From assembly GCA_051362555.1 (NCBI GenBank), contig JBPQGU010000016.1:1860001-1924000 (forward strand): 64,000 nucleotides of DNA, given 5' to 3'. The translations under genes were made by a program, and so were the position numbers. Source of the stretch: Lingula anatina. Lineage: Eukaryota; Animalia; Brachiopoda. The notes under the pieces were generated by a model. The model had not been told where the DNA came from. It made no database searches and saw nothing but the letters and a program-made list of their open reading frames with translations. Within the stretch, counting starts at the first letter, position 1, and the number at the start of each line of letters is the position of its first letter. Shown here in pieces: positions 50,867 to 64,000 of this stretch.

Positions 50867-52210
50867 TTTTTAGCGCGTGTCGGCCTTATCGTGATCGACA
50901 TTAAGCATATCGATTTGATACGTGGACTGATTAGAAATTTTACACATGTGTCATTGCATATATATCTTTGTGTACGAGATGGGATCATGAAAAGAAATAA
51001 AAGGGACACTTCCTAAAGAACAAACTTGTTATATTTTACAATGTATATGACAATGCGTTATACACCATGTGGTAGTGTGTGCTCATGATCTTTCCGAGTC
51101 TTATATAAGATATCTGAAGGTTATCTAAATCATTTTGAATTATGATTTCTTTTTGCCTTGGGATGGTAGATGGTTTATTTATGCACAGTATGTATGTATG
51201 TATGTATGTATGTACGTATGTATGTATGTATGTATGCATGTATGTATCTGTATATTTATGTGTGTGTGCACGTGAGCTATATTTAACAGTTTGGTAGATA
51301 GTTTAGTTCGCTTCAGGTGGGTTGTGTTTGTGTGTGGAACGTAGAGCGTGAATGGAAAGAGAAAAAAAAAAAAGCAAGAACCCTAACATCAAGCAAATAC
51401 AAAACAAAATCCATGTATATTTATTTCCATTCATATGACAGCTTAGCAAATATTTCTTGGTTAAATACTTATTGCATAGTTCTTTGAAGCAAACTGAGTA
51501 TAAAATACCCTCTATTCTGCTATGTTTTAAAATTATATCAATTAGCGAATATCATTTTATTCGTCTTTTTGTCTGTTCTTCCTATATAACATATGGGTAT
51601 TTCATACAATATCCTTTACAGCGACTAAATGAAAATGGCATATTGTTCAATAAGCCAAAAATGTGAAAATAAAAATAAATAATACATATACAGGGTAATA
51701 AGAAGAGCCAAGGTTTCAATGCACCTCAAAGATCACTGTTTGAAAGAATACAATTTTTTAACTTTTGGTCCCATAATTCCCACATTTACAACTGTTATAT
51801 CTTTTCTTGCTCACCTGCTAATGGTTTTACATTACAATAAATACTGTCACCCCTTAATAAAATTTAATTAAACAGAAAGTGACAGCATTCTAGATGTATC
51901 AATCATCCTCTCCCTGTAGATAACGAAGTGATTAGTAGCCTCTAGTCTACATATTTGACTTATAACGTACCAATTCAGTAAAATGTGTTCACTAAGAAAG
52001 TCAGTATCCTTGGTCCATAAATCATGCCATAGATTTCAATATTTTTCAGAAAACACTGTAAGCTTGTGATCAAAGTCACCATTTCCATTCTGATGACTGT
52101 GAGACTGTAACATTTTAATGCTGATATACACAGGAATATAATTTATAATAATTCAAAGATCATGATATTAACATTCGGACAGAAATCACGATCCTTAACC
52201 AGAACCAGAT

Positions 52211-64000
<11,790 letters not shown>

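Overview
AT-rich, intron-containing animal genomic DNA, most likely a marine invertebrate; the taxon cannot be fixed from sequence alone. I spliced exons by hand using GT-AG sites and phase consistency. Genes found: (1) an 11-exon secreted Cys-rich protein with two tandem Argos (giant-lens)-like modules; (2) a DEG/ENaC/ASIC-family subunit lacking TM2 and the HG motif; (3) a four-copy family (three intact, one pseudogene) of secreted proteins with a DxDxDG loop and an EExxH...E zincin-like motif, resembling marine bacterial hypothetical proteins and therefore a candidate intronised horizontal transfer; (4) a class A GPCR with an unusually long Cys-rich ectodomain; (5) an orphan ALK/LTK-type glycine-rich exon; (6) the 3' part of a large minus-strand gene built from near-identical ~2.55-kb seven-exon cassettes (EGF plus two novel Cys-bonded domains) ending in a serglycin-like (Ser-Gly)n tail. 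Many MITEs, Helentron/HINE-like elements, an L2/CR1 LINE fragment and a (TA)n-inserted 2.1-kb TIR element are interspersed. All family assignments come from motif recognition, not database searches.
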